A stretch of 64,000 nt of DNA from Candidatus Aminicenantia bacterium (GCA_046760445.1 JBHIEE010000001.1:19497-83496), one strand, 5' to 3'. Numbered from the stretch's first letter, positions 44,419 to 53,869 are shown. The notes: generated by a model from the sequence alone, not told the origin. Translations and numbers: made by a program.

Positions 44419-45558
44419 TTATTTTAAAAGATTTCTTGCAATTATTAATCTTTGAATTTCAGAAGTGCCTTCATATATAGGTAATGCTCGAGCATCGCGA
44501 TAGAGTTTTTCAATAATAAATTCTTTCGAGTATCCATAAGCCCCATGGATTTGTAGTGCTTGATAGACTATTTTATTAGCTGCTTCAGAGGCAAACAGTT
44601 TGGCCATTGATGCTTCTTTAGTGAAAGGTTTTCCTTTATCTTTTAAGTCAGCTGCTCGATAAGTTAATAGCCGAGCTGCCTCTATTAATGTTGCCATGTC
44701 AGCAATCATAAATTGGATCGCTTGGAATTCAGCTAATGGCTTATTGAAAGCATATCTCTGCTTGGCATATTTTACCGCTTCTTCCAAAGCTCCCTGAGCT
44801 AAGCCAACTGATTGGGCTCCAATTCCAATTCGAGAAACATCAAGAGAATGAAGAGCAATTTTAATTCCCATTCCTTCTTCACCAAGTAAATTTCCAGCTG
44901 GCACTCGACATTCTTCTAAAACTATTTCTGCTGTTTTAGATGAACTTAAACCCATTTTTTCTTCTATTTTAGAAACTTTTAGTCCGGGTGAAGAGGTATT
45001 AACAATAAAAGCACTAATTCCTTTATGTCCTGCTTTGGGATTTGTAACAGCAATTATTATCAAGGCTTGAGCCACACTACCATTAGTTATCCAAGATTTG
45101 GTTCCATTTAGAATGTAGTAATTACCATCCCTTATTGCTTTCGTTTTCTGGTTAGTGGCATCTGAACCCGCTTGAGGTTCGGTTAGACAAAGACCACCGA
45201 TAATCTCTCCTTTGGCTGCTAAAGGTAAATATTTGCTTTTTTGATCTTCGTTTCCAAATTTTGAAATAGGATAACAAAAGACCGAATTATGAACAATCAC
45301 TGCTAAAGAGGTGGCAGGGCAGATTCGAGCTAATTCTTCCATAACTATTGACTGGGAGACCTTAGGTAATTCGCTTCCTCCATATTGGGAGGGAATTTCC
45401 ATTCCCATTATTCCCAGTTCAGCTAATTTTCCTATTATCTTTGCTGGAAATTCCTGTTTAATTTCTAATTCTTTTACCTGAGGGGCAATTTCTTTTTCAG
45501 TAAATTCCCGAATCATATCCTGGAGTAAAATTTGTTCTTCACTAAATTCGAAATTCAT
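44419..45558 (-). CDS. Acyl-CoA dehydrogenase (short/butyryl-chain type)
   Basis: GLCLTEPQAGSDA, YEGTSEIQRLIIAR. Confidence 0.9.
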   Translation of the reverse strand: MNFEFSEEQILLQDMIREFTEKEIAPQVKELEIKQEFPAKIIGKLAELGIMGMEIPSQYGGSELPKVSQSIVMEELARICPATSLAVIVHNSVFCYPISKFGNEDQKSKYLPLAAKGEIIGGLCLTEPQAGSDATNQKTKAIRDGNYYILNGTKSWITNGSVAQALIIIAVTNPKAGHKGISAFIVNTSSPGLKVSKIEEKMGLSSSKTAEIVLEECRVPAGNLLGEEGMGIKIALHSLDVSRIGIGAQSVGLAQGALEEAVKYAKQRYAFNKPLAEFQAIQFMIADMATLIEAARLLTYRAADLKDKGKPFTKEASMAKLFASEAANKIVYQALQIHGAYGYSKEFIIEKLYRDARALPIYEGTSEIQRLIIARNLLK

Positions 45559-45574
45559 CTTATTCCTTAGGACT

Positions 45575-45641
45575 CAAGGATTCGAGGGGTCGAGGATTCA
45601 AGTGAAATTTCCACTTGATCCCTTGGATCCTTGAATCCTTG
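45575..45641. repeat. Long imperfect hairpin (30-nt arms, 7-nt loop) built from ggattc/cgagg words, followed by CCCCCTTTATTTTTT on the plus strand
   Basis: 23 Watson-Crick pairs, 4 G-U-compatible pairs and 3 mismatches when read on the plus strand. It overlaps the last ~15 codons and the stop of the HIT gene. Confidence 0.7.
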
Positions 45642-46131
45642 CCCCCTTTATTTTTTCGAATAAGGGTAAAAGGCGACGATAAGTTGTTTTTAGGTCTTCA
45701 AGAACTACTTTTGTTTTCCCAAAAAGCGGCATAAAATTAGTGTCTCCTTCCCATCTCGGAACAATGTGGAGATGATAGTGATCTATTACTCCTGCTCCAG
45801 CGCTTCGACCTAAATTCATTCCAATATTGAAACCGTTAGGTCGGTAAGCGTCCTTTAGAACTTTTAAGCAAAGATTGATAATCTCCGGTATTTCTTGTAA
45901 AACATCACTCGGCGAATCTTCAGGAGAAGAAAGATGGGAATAAGGAGCAATCATTAAGTGGCCACAATTATAAGGAAAGGCATTCATAATTACAAAATTA
46001 TATTTTCCTCGGGAGAGAATTAATGCCTGTTCGTCGTTTTTTGCTTCTAAAGCCTGACAGAAAATACATTCATTCATTAGATGAACTTGCTTGACATATT
46101 TTTCCCGCCAGGGAGCCCAGATATACTCCAT
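45598..46131 (-). CDS. HIT-family nucleotide hydrolase/transferase
   Basis: Histidine triad HYHLHIVPRW. The C-terminal tail KGARIQGSKGSSGNFT is encoded by the hairpin repeat. Confidence 0.8.
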   Translation of the reverse strand: MEYIWAPWREKYVKQVHLMNECIFCQALEAKNDEQALILSRGKYNFVIMNAFPYNCGHLMIAPYSHLSSPEDSPSDVLQEIPEIINLCLKVLKDAYRPNGFNIGMNLGRSAGAGVIDHYHLHIVPRWEGDTNFMPLFGKTKVVLEDLKTTYRRLLPLFEKIKGARIQGSKGSSGNFT

Positions 46132-46132
46132 T

Positions 46133-46408
46133 TTATTGGTTAATATATTCCTTCAGTAATTTGCTCGGTTTGAAATAGAGAACTTTTTTGGTGGGGACTT
46201 GAACTTTTTCTCCTGTTCGAGGATTTCTTCCTATTCGTGGTTTTCTTTCTCTGAATCGAAAGCTACCAAATCCTCTCAATTCAATTTCTTCTTCATTTAG
46301 AATCGCTTCTTTTATTGATTTGAAAAAGAGATTGACTGCTACTTCTGCTTGTTGCTTTGAAATATTTAGTTCTTCTGCAAGTATATTGACTAAGTCTGCC
46401 TTAACCAT
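46133..46408 (-). CDS. HU/IHF-family DNA-bending protein, IHF-beta-like
   Basis: IELRGFGSFRFRERKPRIGRNPRTGEKV. Directly downstream of rpsA, as ihfB is in proteobacteria. Confidence 0.8.
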   Translation of the reverse strand: MVKADLVNILAEELNISKQQAEVAVNLFFKSIKEAILNEEEIELRGFGSFRFRERKPRIGRNPRTGEKVQVPTKKVLYFKPSKLLKEYINQ

Positions 46409-48161
46409 TTTTGTTCCTCCTTTTTTTACTTATTTTATTTCCTGTTTCTTGGGGAGTTATTTTTTTGAACTGATCCTTTAATATATCTCCTAAAGTAGCT
46501 GTTTTTCTTATCGTTTGTTGATATTTTTGGTATTCTCTCTTTTGAATTTCTGTCTGAGCTTGTTTAAAACTCAACCCGATTTTCTTTTCCTTAGGGTTCA
46601 TTTTGATAATCATTGCTGGCTTTATTTCACCAAGAGTAAAATATTCAGAAGGCTTGTCTATCCTTTTTTCACTCAATTCCGAGAGAAAAACAAGTCCTTC
46701 CACCCCTCGACAGATTTCCGCAAATACACCAAAATCAGTTAATCTGGTTATTTTTACATCAATGACATCTCCAATTTTGTATTTTTTGAAGACTTCTTCC
46801 CACATATCACCTTCCAACTGCTTTATTCCCAGAGACAGTTTTTGTTTTTCAGGGTCCATTTTTAAAATCACAGCTTCAATCTCTTGTCCAGAACGAAGAA
46901 CTTCAGAAGGGTGACTTATTTTTTCCCAAGAAATATCAGAAATGTGGATTAACCCTTCAACTCCTTCTTGAACTTCGAGAAATGCTCCAAAATCAGTTAG
47001 ATTAGTTACCTTACCACGGACAATAGAACCCTCTTTGTGTTTTTCAGCAAAGATTTTCCAGGGATGAGGTTCTGTCTGTTTTAAACCGAGAGAGATTCTT
47101 CGAGCAGAGCGATTGACATCAAGAATTACTACCTCCACCTTATCACCACAGGATAATATTTTTTTAGGATGAATTGTTTTTCGGGACCAAGTGAGATCAG
47201 AAACATGAATTAGGCCCTCTACTCCTTCTTCCAGTTCAATAAAGGCACCAAAATCAGTTAGGCTGACTACAGTGCCTCTTACTCTTTGTCCAACCTTATA
47301 TTTTTGATCTACACTCTCCCAAGGGGTAGGTGTTTTTTGTTTAAATCCAAGAGATATTTTTTCTTCTTGTTCGTTGTAACTAAGAACGATTACTTCAACT
47401 TCTTGTCCTACTTTAAACATTTCCGAAGGATGATTCATTCTTCCCCAAGACATATCATTAATATGAAGTAGGCCATCCACACCCCCCAAGTCAATGAATG
47501 CTCCAAAATTAGTTAAAGAAGATACTTTACCTTTAATTAATTTCCCTGCGCTGAGATTATCAAAAACTCTTCTTTTGGCTTTTTCTCGTTCATCTTTGAG
47601 AAAAAGCCTTCTCGAAAGAATGGCACTTTCGTTTTTTCGATCAAGTTTTAAAACTTTAAACTTATACTCATTACCAATGATATTATCTGAACCTTTACCT
47701 TTTTTAATGTCTACTTGGGACTCAGGGAGAAAAGCATTTATCCCTAAATTGACAATATATCCGTTTCTTACTTTGTGAATTACTCTTCCACGTACCCAAG
47801 AATTATGGTTATATGCTTTTTTTAATTCATTCCAAGCTCTTATTTCATCTGCTTTTCTTTTAGAAAGAAGAAGATAACCATCTTTATAGTTTGTTTTTTC
47901 AATAATAACATTAATTTTATCTCCTTCTTCAACTGATGCTTTTCCCTGCCAATCGAGAAAGTCTTCTATCGGGACGATCCCTTCTGCTTTATATCCAATA
48001 TCAACGAGCACATCATTTGAGCTGATTTTAATTACTTTTCCTTGAACTATTTTTCCCTCAGAAATATCTTTTATATTAAATTGATATTTTTCTAAAAGAT
48101 GGCGATAATCCTCGGCAGAAATATCTTCTTGAGCAGGTGTTTTTTTATTCAATTCATCCAT
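46401..48161 (-). CDS. rpsA: 30S ribosomal protein S1
   Basis: Six S1 domains (repeated GxVxxxxxFGAFxxL...GLxHxS pattern). Confidence 0.95.
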   Translation of the reverse strand: MDELNKKTPAQEDISAEDYRHLLEKYQFNIKDISEGKIVQGKVIKISSNDVLVDIGYKAEGIVPIEDFLDWQGKASVEEGDKINVIIEKTNYKDGYLLLSKRKADEIRAWNELKKAYNHNSWVRGRVIHKVRNGYIVNLGINAFLPESQVDIKKGKGSDNIIGNEYKFKVLKLDRKNESAILSRRLFLKDEREKAKRRVFDNLSAGKLIKGKVSSLTNFGAFIDLGGVDGLLHINDMSWGRMNHPSEMFKVGQEVEVIVLSYNEQEEKISLGFKQKTPTPWESVDQKYKVGQRVRGTVVSLTDFGAFIELEEGVEGLIHVSDLTWSRKTIHPKKILSCGDKVEVVILDVNRSARRISLGLKQTEPHPWKIFAEKHKEGSIVRGKVTNLTDFGAFLEVQEGVEGLIHISDISWEKISHPSEVLRSGQEIEAVILKMDPEKQKLSLGIKQLEGDMWEEVFKKYKIGDVIDVKITRLTDFGVFAEICRGVEGLVFLSELSEKRIDKPSEYFTLGEIKPAMIIKMNPKEKKIGLSFKQAQTEIQKREYQKYQQTIRKTATLGDILKDQFKKITPQETGNKISKKRRNKNG

Positions 48162-49036
48162 TGGATTAAATTCTCCTCAATTTGTTGGTTGGATTTTGAT
48201 TTTTTAATTTCCTTTATTCTTTCTACAACTTCCATAATTAGTTCATGAGGAGTGGAAGCGCCAGCTGACACTCCAATCTCTTCAGCGAAGGCAATCATTT
48301 TAGGAGTGAGATTATCTGTTTTTTCAATGAAATAGGTATTTTCCTGAATCCTCTTTGCCAGATTATATAATTTATTTGTATTTGAACTTTTTCTATCTCC
48401 AATGATTAACATTATATCCACTTGGGCAGCCAGTTGAGCAGTTGCTTTTTGCCTTATTTGAGTCGAGTCACAGATTGTATTAAATACTTTTAGTTCTCTG
48501 GTTTTTTCAATAAGTTTAGAAACAATTTTTTGATAGAGAGTGATATCTTGAGTTGATTGAGCGATAACCCCTCTTTTGTTTTTTTTGGGCAATAAATCAA
48601 CTTCTTCTTCGCTTTTAATTACTACTTCTTTTCCCTGAGAAAAACCAATTAAACCTTTAATTTCTGGATGTGGTTTATTTCCAACAATAATAATTTCGTA
48701 GTCCTCGTCAGCCAATTTCTTGACCAGTTTTTGACTTTTTTTGACAAAAGGACAGGTAGCATCAATTACTTCTATTCCCTTGTCAACCAATTGTTGAAAA
48801 ATGTGAGGAGAAATCCCGTGGGATCTAATGATTATTGTTCCTCCCTTTATTTGGCTAATATCATCAATTGATTCTATCCCTTCTTTTCTCAAATTTTCTA
48901 CCACTTGTTGATTATGAATTAAATCACCAAAGGTAAAAACTTTTCCTTTTTTCTCCCTCCGAATTTGTCGGGCAATGTTTATTGCTCTTTTTACCCCGAA
49001 GCAAAAACCCGATTTGGTGACCACTCTAATCTTCAT
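48149..49036 (-). CDS. ispH: 4-hydroxy-3-methylbut-2-enyl diphosphate reductase
   Basis: GFCFGVKRAI, DATCPFVKK, NTICDST, SSNTNKL. Confidence 0.95.
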   Translation of the reverse strand: MKIRVVTKSGFCFGVKRAINIARQIRREKKGKVFTFGDLIHNQQVVENLRKEGIESIDDISQIKGGTIIIRSHGISPHIFQQLVDKGIEVIDATCPFVKKSQKLVKKLADEDYEIIIVGNKPHPEIKGLIGFSQGKEVVIKSEEEVDLLPKKNKRGVIAQSTQDITLYQKIVSKLIEKTRELKVFNTICDSTQIRQKATAQLAAQVDIMLIIGDRKSSNTNKLYNLAKRIQENTYFIEKTDNLTPKMIAFAEEIGVSAGASTPHELIMEVVERIKEIKKSKSNQQIEENLIQWMN

Positions 49037-49100
49037 GGAACTAACAATGGTAATTATACTATCTTAATTATATAAGTTTTGTCAATACCAAAAGAAGATG

Positions 49101-50207
49101 TTAAGACATCTGATTTAGAACTTCTTTTATTTTTTCTAAGAAAAAAAGGTTCTCCTTAGGAGTACCAACAGTAACTCGAAATGCCTCTGGAACTTCAAAG
49201 GCTTCTAATGGTCGAATAATTACTCCTTTTTTAATTAACTCCGAATATGTCTTTTTAACTGGATAAGGAGTTTTAAACATAATAAAATTAGCCACTGAAG
49301 GAATTACCTCTAATCCAAGTTTTGTTAATTCTTTCTGTAAAAATTCTCTTTGTTTAAAGTTTAACTCCCGACTTTTCCTGACGTGCTGTTTATCTTCTAG
49401 GGCGGATAAAGCTCCCTGTTGAGAAGAACGAGGAACATTAAAAGGAGTTTTAGTTCTCCTTAAGACATTAATAATTTCCTTTTGAGATATTCCATAACCT
49501 ACTCGAAGACCAGCTAATCCATAAATTTTAGAAAATGTTCTTAGGACAATTACTTTTTTCCCCTGTCTGATATATTTTGTTCCGTCTGGATAATCGGGTC
49601 GAGTTATATATTCTTTATATGCCTCATCAAAAATAACAATTATTTCTTCTGGTACCTTAGCTAAAAAATTATCTACTTCTTCTTCAGTAACCATGGTTCC
49701 AGTTGGATTGTTTGGGTTAGCAATAAAAATTAGTTTAACTTTAGGATTGAGATGTTCAATGAAACCTTCTAAATCATAGGTATAATTATTTTTCAAAGGG
49801 ACTTTGATAATAGCTTCTTTTCCATTTACTTCACAGATTGCTAAGCGATACATAAGGAAGGTTTTTTCTGAGATTATTGCTTTATTTTGGCGATCAAGAA
49901 ATGCATGGGAAATCATTTTTATTAAATCAGTTGACCCACCACCTAAGATTATTTGATCCATTGGAAAGTCTAATTTTCCAGATAAAGCCCGCTTTAAATA
50001 AAAGCCATCATCGTACGGATATCGATGAGAGGAGTTTAATTCTTTTTTTATTGCTTCAATCGCTTTGGGTGAAGGACCCAAAGGATTTTCATTTGAAGCT
50101 AATTTAACTATTTTTTTTAGCCCTAATTCTCGCTGAATTTCCTCTATTGGTTTCCCCGGAACATAGGGTTGGATTTGAAGAATGTGAGGTGGAATTAAAT
50201 TTTTCAT
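49101..50207 (-). CDS. hisC: Histidinol-phosphate aminotransferase
   Basis: LASNENPLGPSP, NPNNPTG, RTFSKIYGLAGLRVGY. Confidence 0.9.
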   Translation of the reverse strand: MKNLIPPHILQIQPYVPGKPIEEIQRELGLKKIVKLASNENPLGPSPKAIEAIKKELNSSHRYPYDDGFYLKRALSGKLDFPMDQIILGGGSTDLIKMISHAFLDRQNKAIISEKTFLMYRLAICEVNGKEAIIKVPLKNNYTYDLEGFIEHLNPKVKLIFIANPNNPTGTMVTEEEVDNFLAKVPEEIIVIFDEAYKEYITRPDYPDGTKYIRQGKKVIVLRTFSKIYGLAGLRVGYGISQKEIINVLRRTKTPFNVPRSSQQGALSALEDKQHVRKSRELNFKQREFLQKELTKLGLEVIPSVANFIMFKTPYPVKKTYSELIKKGVIIRPLEAFEVPEAFRVTVGTPKENLFFLEKIKEVLNQMS

Positions 50208-50289
50208 TATTAGACCTCTCTCTTTAATATTGAATTTTTTAAGTTTAAAAACTTAATACTAGCAAGGTTTTTAAAGGCTATTTTTTGAC

Positions 50290-50510
50290 TTCACCTCTCT
50301 ATAAAAATTAAAAATCAAATATCAAAAATCAAAATGACAAATTAAAACTCAAAACTAATACTAATACTAATAGTTCTGCGGTGCTGCCGTTCTGCAGAAC
50401 TAATGTAAAAGACATTTTTGCATTTTGATTTATTCCAAGATTATTTGCTTTTTTTGTTTGAGTCATTGGGATTTTGGTCATTGGAACTTATTTGTAATTT
50501 GGGGTTTTTA
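50290..50510. repeat. Composite intergenic repeat region with a TIR-bounded ~106-nt unit (50326-50431) and a 46-nt repeat (50449-50494)
   Basis: aaatcaaaatg at 50326-50336 is inverted at 50421-50431. Central 9-bp-stem hairpin at 50371-50402. 50322-50341 is identical to 53032-53051. Confidence 0.7.
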
Positions 50511-50594
50511 TATAAACCTTTAACATCTTTAACTCATCTTCTTTCTGTTATGATTATTTGAGAACCCTTATATTCTGTTTTATTAATTAAATTA

Positions 50595-51284
50595 TTATAT
50601 GTCAATCTTCTCTGGAAAAGAAGCATTTTCTTCCTCAATAATGTCTTTTAATTCCTCTATAGATGGTAAATCTTCCAGACTGTTTAGACCAAAATAAGTT
50701 AGGAATTCTTTAGTAGTTCGGTAAATAAGAGGTCGTCCTGAAGTCTTCTTTCGTCCCACAATTTTGATAAATTTTAGTTTAAGTAAAGTTCGAAGAGTAT
50801 ATGAAGAATCAACTCCCCGAAGGGCAGAAATTTCAGGTAGGGTAACTGGTTGATGATAAGCAATCGCTGCAAGAGTCTCCAGGGCAGCAGGAGAAAGTTT
50901 GGATTGTTTTTTAATGTTGAGCAGTCTTTTAATCCAAGAATCGTATTTTGGCTTAGTGGTGAATAAATAGCCACCGCCTGCTTTAATAATGTGTATTCCA
51001 TGATGGCTGTTTTTATAAGATTTAGCTAACTCTTCCAGGGCTTGAGTAATTTTTTCCTTGGGCACATCTTTAAGGATTTCAGCTATCTTATCTACAGTTA
51101 AAGGTTCGTTAGATATAAAGATTAAAGCTTCAATTATTGAGGCCTCAAGACCTTGAGCTCCTAAGACTTTAAGACCTTTTTTATTAAGTCTGGGAGTCTT
51201 GGTGACCTCGGGTCTTGATGTCTTAGGCTTCCTTCTCAATTCTCTCCCCTTAATTCTTTCCTCAGATAATGTCTTCTCAGCCAA
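50595..51284 (-). CDS. scpB: Segregation and condensation protein B
   Basis: IIEALIFISNEPLTVDKI and AALETLAAIAYHQPVTLPEISALRG. The start is uncertain (TTG, basic 50-aa leader overlapping scpA). Confidence 0.85.
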   Translation of the reverse strand: MAEKTLSEERIKGRELRRKPKTSRPEVTKTPRLNKKGLKVLGAQGLEASIIEALIFISNEPLTVDKIAEILKDVPKEKITQALEELAKSYKNSHHGIHIIKAGGGYLFTTKPKYDSWIKRLLNIKKQSKLSPAALETLAAIAYHQPVTLPEISALRGVDSSYTLRTLLKLKFIKIVGRKKTSGRPLIYRTTKEFLTYFGLNSLEDLPSIEELKDIIEEENASFPEKIDI

Positions 51285-51976
51285 ACCTTAATAGTCTGAA
51301 AAAGATTTTCTTGAATAGCTACTACATTTCGGCTTTTAATTAATTCTAATAAGCCGAAAAAAGAAATTATTGCTTCTTGTAAAGAAGTCTGAGAATTAAA
51401 GTAGTCTAAAAAATCTAAGTTTTTGTTTTTTCTAAGAAAAAACAAAATTTCTTCCATTTTTTCTTCAACTGAAAATTTCCGACCCTCAATCGTCTGTATT
51501 TCTTCTCTTTCTTTTCTTTTTAATATCTTGTAAAATGCCTCAGCTAAATCAAAGACTGAAGCTTCCTTCAAGATGATTTCTTCTTTCAAATTCAAGTTAG
51601 AATGAAATCGTTTCCATTGAACTAATTGTTCAGATTCCTTTTGAGAAAGAATAAAAGAAATATTCTTAATTTTTTGATACTCGAGTAATTGATCAACTAA
51701 TGACTGACGCGGGTCTTCTTCAAACTCAATTTCTTTTTCACGAGGAAGAAGCATTTGAGATTTAATATAAATCAATGTTGCCGCAACTAAAAGAAAATCT
51801 CCCTCCCTATCTAAGTTGATTTTATCCTTTCTATTCAAATAATCGAGGTATTCATGGGTTATTTTGGCCATAGGAATGTCGTAGATGTCAATTTTGTTTT
51901 TTCTGATTAAAAAGAGGAGAAGTTCTAAGGGGCCTTCAAATATTTCAAGTTTAACTTGGTAACCGGCTGTCTTCAT
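51236..51976 (-). CDS. scpA: Segregation and condensation protein A
   Basis: FEGPLELLLFLIRKNKIDIYDIPMAKIT. Confidence 0.85.
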   Translation of the reverse strand: MKTAGYQVKLEIFEGPLELLLFLIRKNKIDIYDIPMAKITHEYLDYLNRKDKINLDREGDFLLVAATLIYIKSQMLLPREKEIEFEEDPRQSLVDQLLEYQKIKNISFILSQKESEQLVQWKRFHSNLNLKEEIILKEASVFDLAEAFYKILKRKEREEIQTIEGRKFSVEEKMEEILFFLRKNKNLDFLDYFNSQTSLQEAIISFFGLLELIKSRNVVAIQENLFQTIKVWLRRHYLRKELRGEN

Positions 51977-51979
51977 CAG

Positions 51980-52984
51980 CTAAAATCCTATTGCCTGTCG
52001 CACTTCTTCCATGGTTTGCTGAGCTTTTTTCCGAGCCTTCTTATTCCCTTCAGCTAATATTTCCCAGACAGTTTGAGGTTTCTTTAAAAACTCTTTTTTC
52101 CGCTCTCGAAAGGGAGCAAATCTTTCTGTTAATTCATCGATGATTACCTGCTTGCATTCTAAACAACCAATCGAAGCTGTTCGACAGGCTTGGGCTAACT
52201 CTACTTTTTTTTTCGATGGAGTAAAGGCTTTGTGTAGAGTAAAGACTGGGCAGTCCTCTGGTTCACCGGGATCAGTTCTTCTTTTCCTTTGAGTATCAGT
52301 CATCATTGGTTTAATTTTTTGTTCAATAATCCGGGGAGAATCTCCAAGGTAAATAGCATTGTTATATGATTTACTCATTTTCCGACCATCAGTGCCAGCC
52401 AATTTTGGTACTTCAGTTAATAGAACTTGTGGTTCAGGAAAAACTTCTCCGAAAAATCGATTAAATCGGCGGACAATTTCCCTAGCCAGTTCAATGTGAT
52501 ACACTTGATCTTCTCCCACTGGAACATAATGAGCTTTGTAAATGATAATATCAGCTGTTTGAAGAAGCGGATAGCCTAAGAATCCATATGTATTAAGATC
52601 TTTATCAGGCAATTGTTGCTGGAGTTCTTTAAAAGTAGGAACCCTTTCCAGCCAGGGAAGGGGAGTTATCATTGACAGTAAAAGATGGAGCTCAGCATGT
52701 TCTTTAATTTCAGACTGGAGAAAAATGACACTTTTTTCTGGATCAAGACCTACACTTAGCCAGTCGACAGCCAGTTCAAATATATAGTCTTTTATAATTC
52801 TTGAGTTTTGATATTCTGAGCTTAAAGCATGCCAAGAAACAATTGAAAAGTAACACTGATATTCGTCTTGCAATTCAATCCAGTTTCTTAAGGCACCAGC
52901 CATATGCCCTAAATGAAGAGCACCCGTTGGCCGCATCCCACTTAATACTGTTTTCTTTTTGCTTTTCTTAGTGTGGATATTCAT
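51980..52984 (-). CDS. trpS: Tryptophan-tRNA ligase, variant with a C-terminal four-Cys cluster
   Basis: HIGH-type GALHLGH, KMSKS, and C245-x21-C267-x6-C274-x2-C277. Confidence 0.95.
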   Translation of the reverse strand: MNIHTKKSKKKTVLSGMRPTGALHLGHMAGALRNWIELQDEYQCYFSIVSWHALSSEYQNSRIIKDYIFELAVDWLSVGLDPEKSVIFLQSEIKEHAELHLLLSMITPLPWLERVPTFKELQQQLPDKDLNTYGFLGYPLLQTADIIIYKAHYVPVGEDQVYHIELAREIVRRFNRFFGEVFPEPQVLLTEVPKLAGTDGRKMSKSYNNAIYLGDSPRIIEQKIKPMMTDTQRKRRTDPGEPEDCPVFTLHKAFTPSKKKVELAQACRTASIGCLECKQVIIDELTERFAPFRERKKEFLKKPQTVWEILAEGNKKARKKAQQTMEEVRQAIGF

Positions 52985-53019
52985 CTCATCAATCTTAATA
53001 GTTTAACTATTTGAAAAGG

Positions 53020-53189
53020 CTTTAATTAAATTCAAAAATCAAAATGACAAACCAAAATGTAAAGCAATATTCATTAAATTGTAAATTTTTGACTTTTAAT
53101 CTGTCATTTCTATCTTTGATTTTTAAATTTTGATTTAACATTTGGTAGCTTAATTGTTATTTTCCTTCTTGCTTCCTGCTTCATGCTTC
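53020..53189. repeat. Composite intergenic repeat: TIR-bounded ~100-nt unit (about 53036-53137) plus a gaagc heptad stutter (53166-53189)
   Basis: tcaaaaatcaaaatgacaaa (53032-53051) is identical to 50322-50341. Inverted copy tgtcatttctatctttgattttt at 53102-53124. Confidence 0.65.
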
Positions 53190-53869
53190 TATAAAAATAT
53201 TATTGTATAAATCACTATCAATATTGGTCTTATTATCAGGGATAGAAGACCAAGATAGATAAGGGCTAAAATTATAATAAACCCAAAGGGACGAATTCGG
53301 TCATATTTCTCAGCTGCCTCATCGGATAACAGCCCCATAAGTACTCCACTTCCATCCAGAGGAGGGACAGGAATGAGATTGAATACAGCTAAATAGGTGT
53401 TAATTAAAGTTCCATAAAAAAGAATTAAGGACAAACCCTCTAAAGGATGAAATCCAGGACTAAAGACTAAATGTCCTGTTAGAAGGCTCTTTAAAAAATA
53501 GCCTACCCTTGGGGTTATTCCTTTAAAAAAAACAATAGCCATAAGACAAAAGAAAGCTACCATTATATTGGACAATGGCCCAGCCGCTGAGATCCAGAGA
53601 TTGTCTCTTTTGGGATTTCTTAAATTATATGGATTAACCATAACTGGTTTCGCCCAACCAAAAGCTGGTGCACCCAAAAGAATAAGAAAGAGAGGAAGAA
53701 TAACTGTTCCAAAAGGATCAATATGAGCCAAAGGATTAAGGGTTACTCTTCCCTGAAGATAAGCTGTTGGATCACCTAATTTATGGGCTGTCCATCCATG
53801 GGAAGCTTCATGTATAGTTATTGCAAAAAGAAGTACAAAGATTTGAATAATGCCTAAAGCAATACTCAT
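53189..53869 (-). CDS. Site-2 protease family (M50) membrane metalloprotease
   Basis: HEASHG zinc motif in the first TM helix, LNLIPVPPLDG, polytopic. Confidence 0.75.
   Translation of the reverse strand: MSIALGIIQIFVLLFAITIHEASHGWTAHKLGDPTAYLQGRVTLNPLAHIDPFGTVILPLFLILLGAPAFGWAKPVMVNPYNLRNPKRDNLWISAAGPLSNIMVAFFCLMAIVFFKGITPRVGYFLKSLLTGHLVFSPGFHPLEGLSLILFYGTLINTYLAVFNLIPVPPLDGSGVLMGLLSDEAAEKYDRIRPFGFIIILALIYLGLLSLIIRPILIVIYTIIFL

Noticed and set aside
45642-45658. Calling the 45.6-kb hairpin plus T-tract a genuine terminator of a plus-strand gene
   Set aside because: There is no plus-strand gene for more than 10 kb upstream, so only its terminator-like shape is reported.
46603-46914. Antisense or overlapping ORFs from the track. 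Examples: 46603-46914 (+), 47494-47778 (+), 38084-38362 (+), 12202-12441 (+), 12501-12749 (+), 5848-6087 (+), 1236-1445 (+), 25084-26052 (-), 36561-37454 (-), 41753-42025.
   Set aside because: Each lies inside and opposite to, or out of frame with, a well-supported conserved gene. They have low-complexity or hydrophobic junk composition and no SD. These are typical shadow ORFs of AT-rich DNA.
52985-53188. T-box or other riboswitch leader upstream of trpS
   Set aside because: I could not find the conserved T-box sequence, a specifier-loop architecture or a terminator/antiterminator pair. The region is explained by the TIR-bounded repeat unit. A 15-bp palindrome (aatagtttaactatt, 52997-53011) is noted but unassigned.
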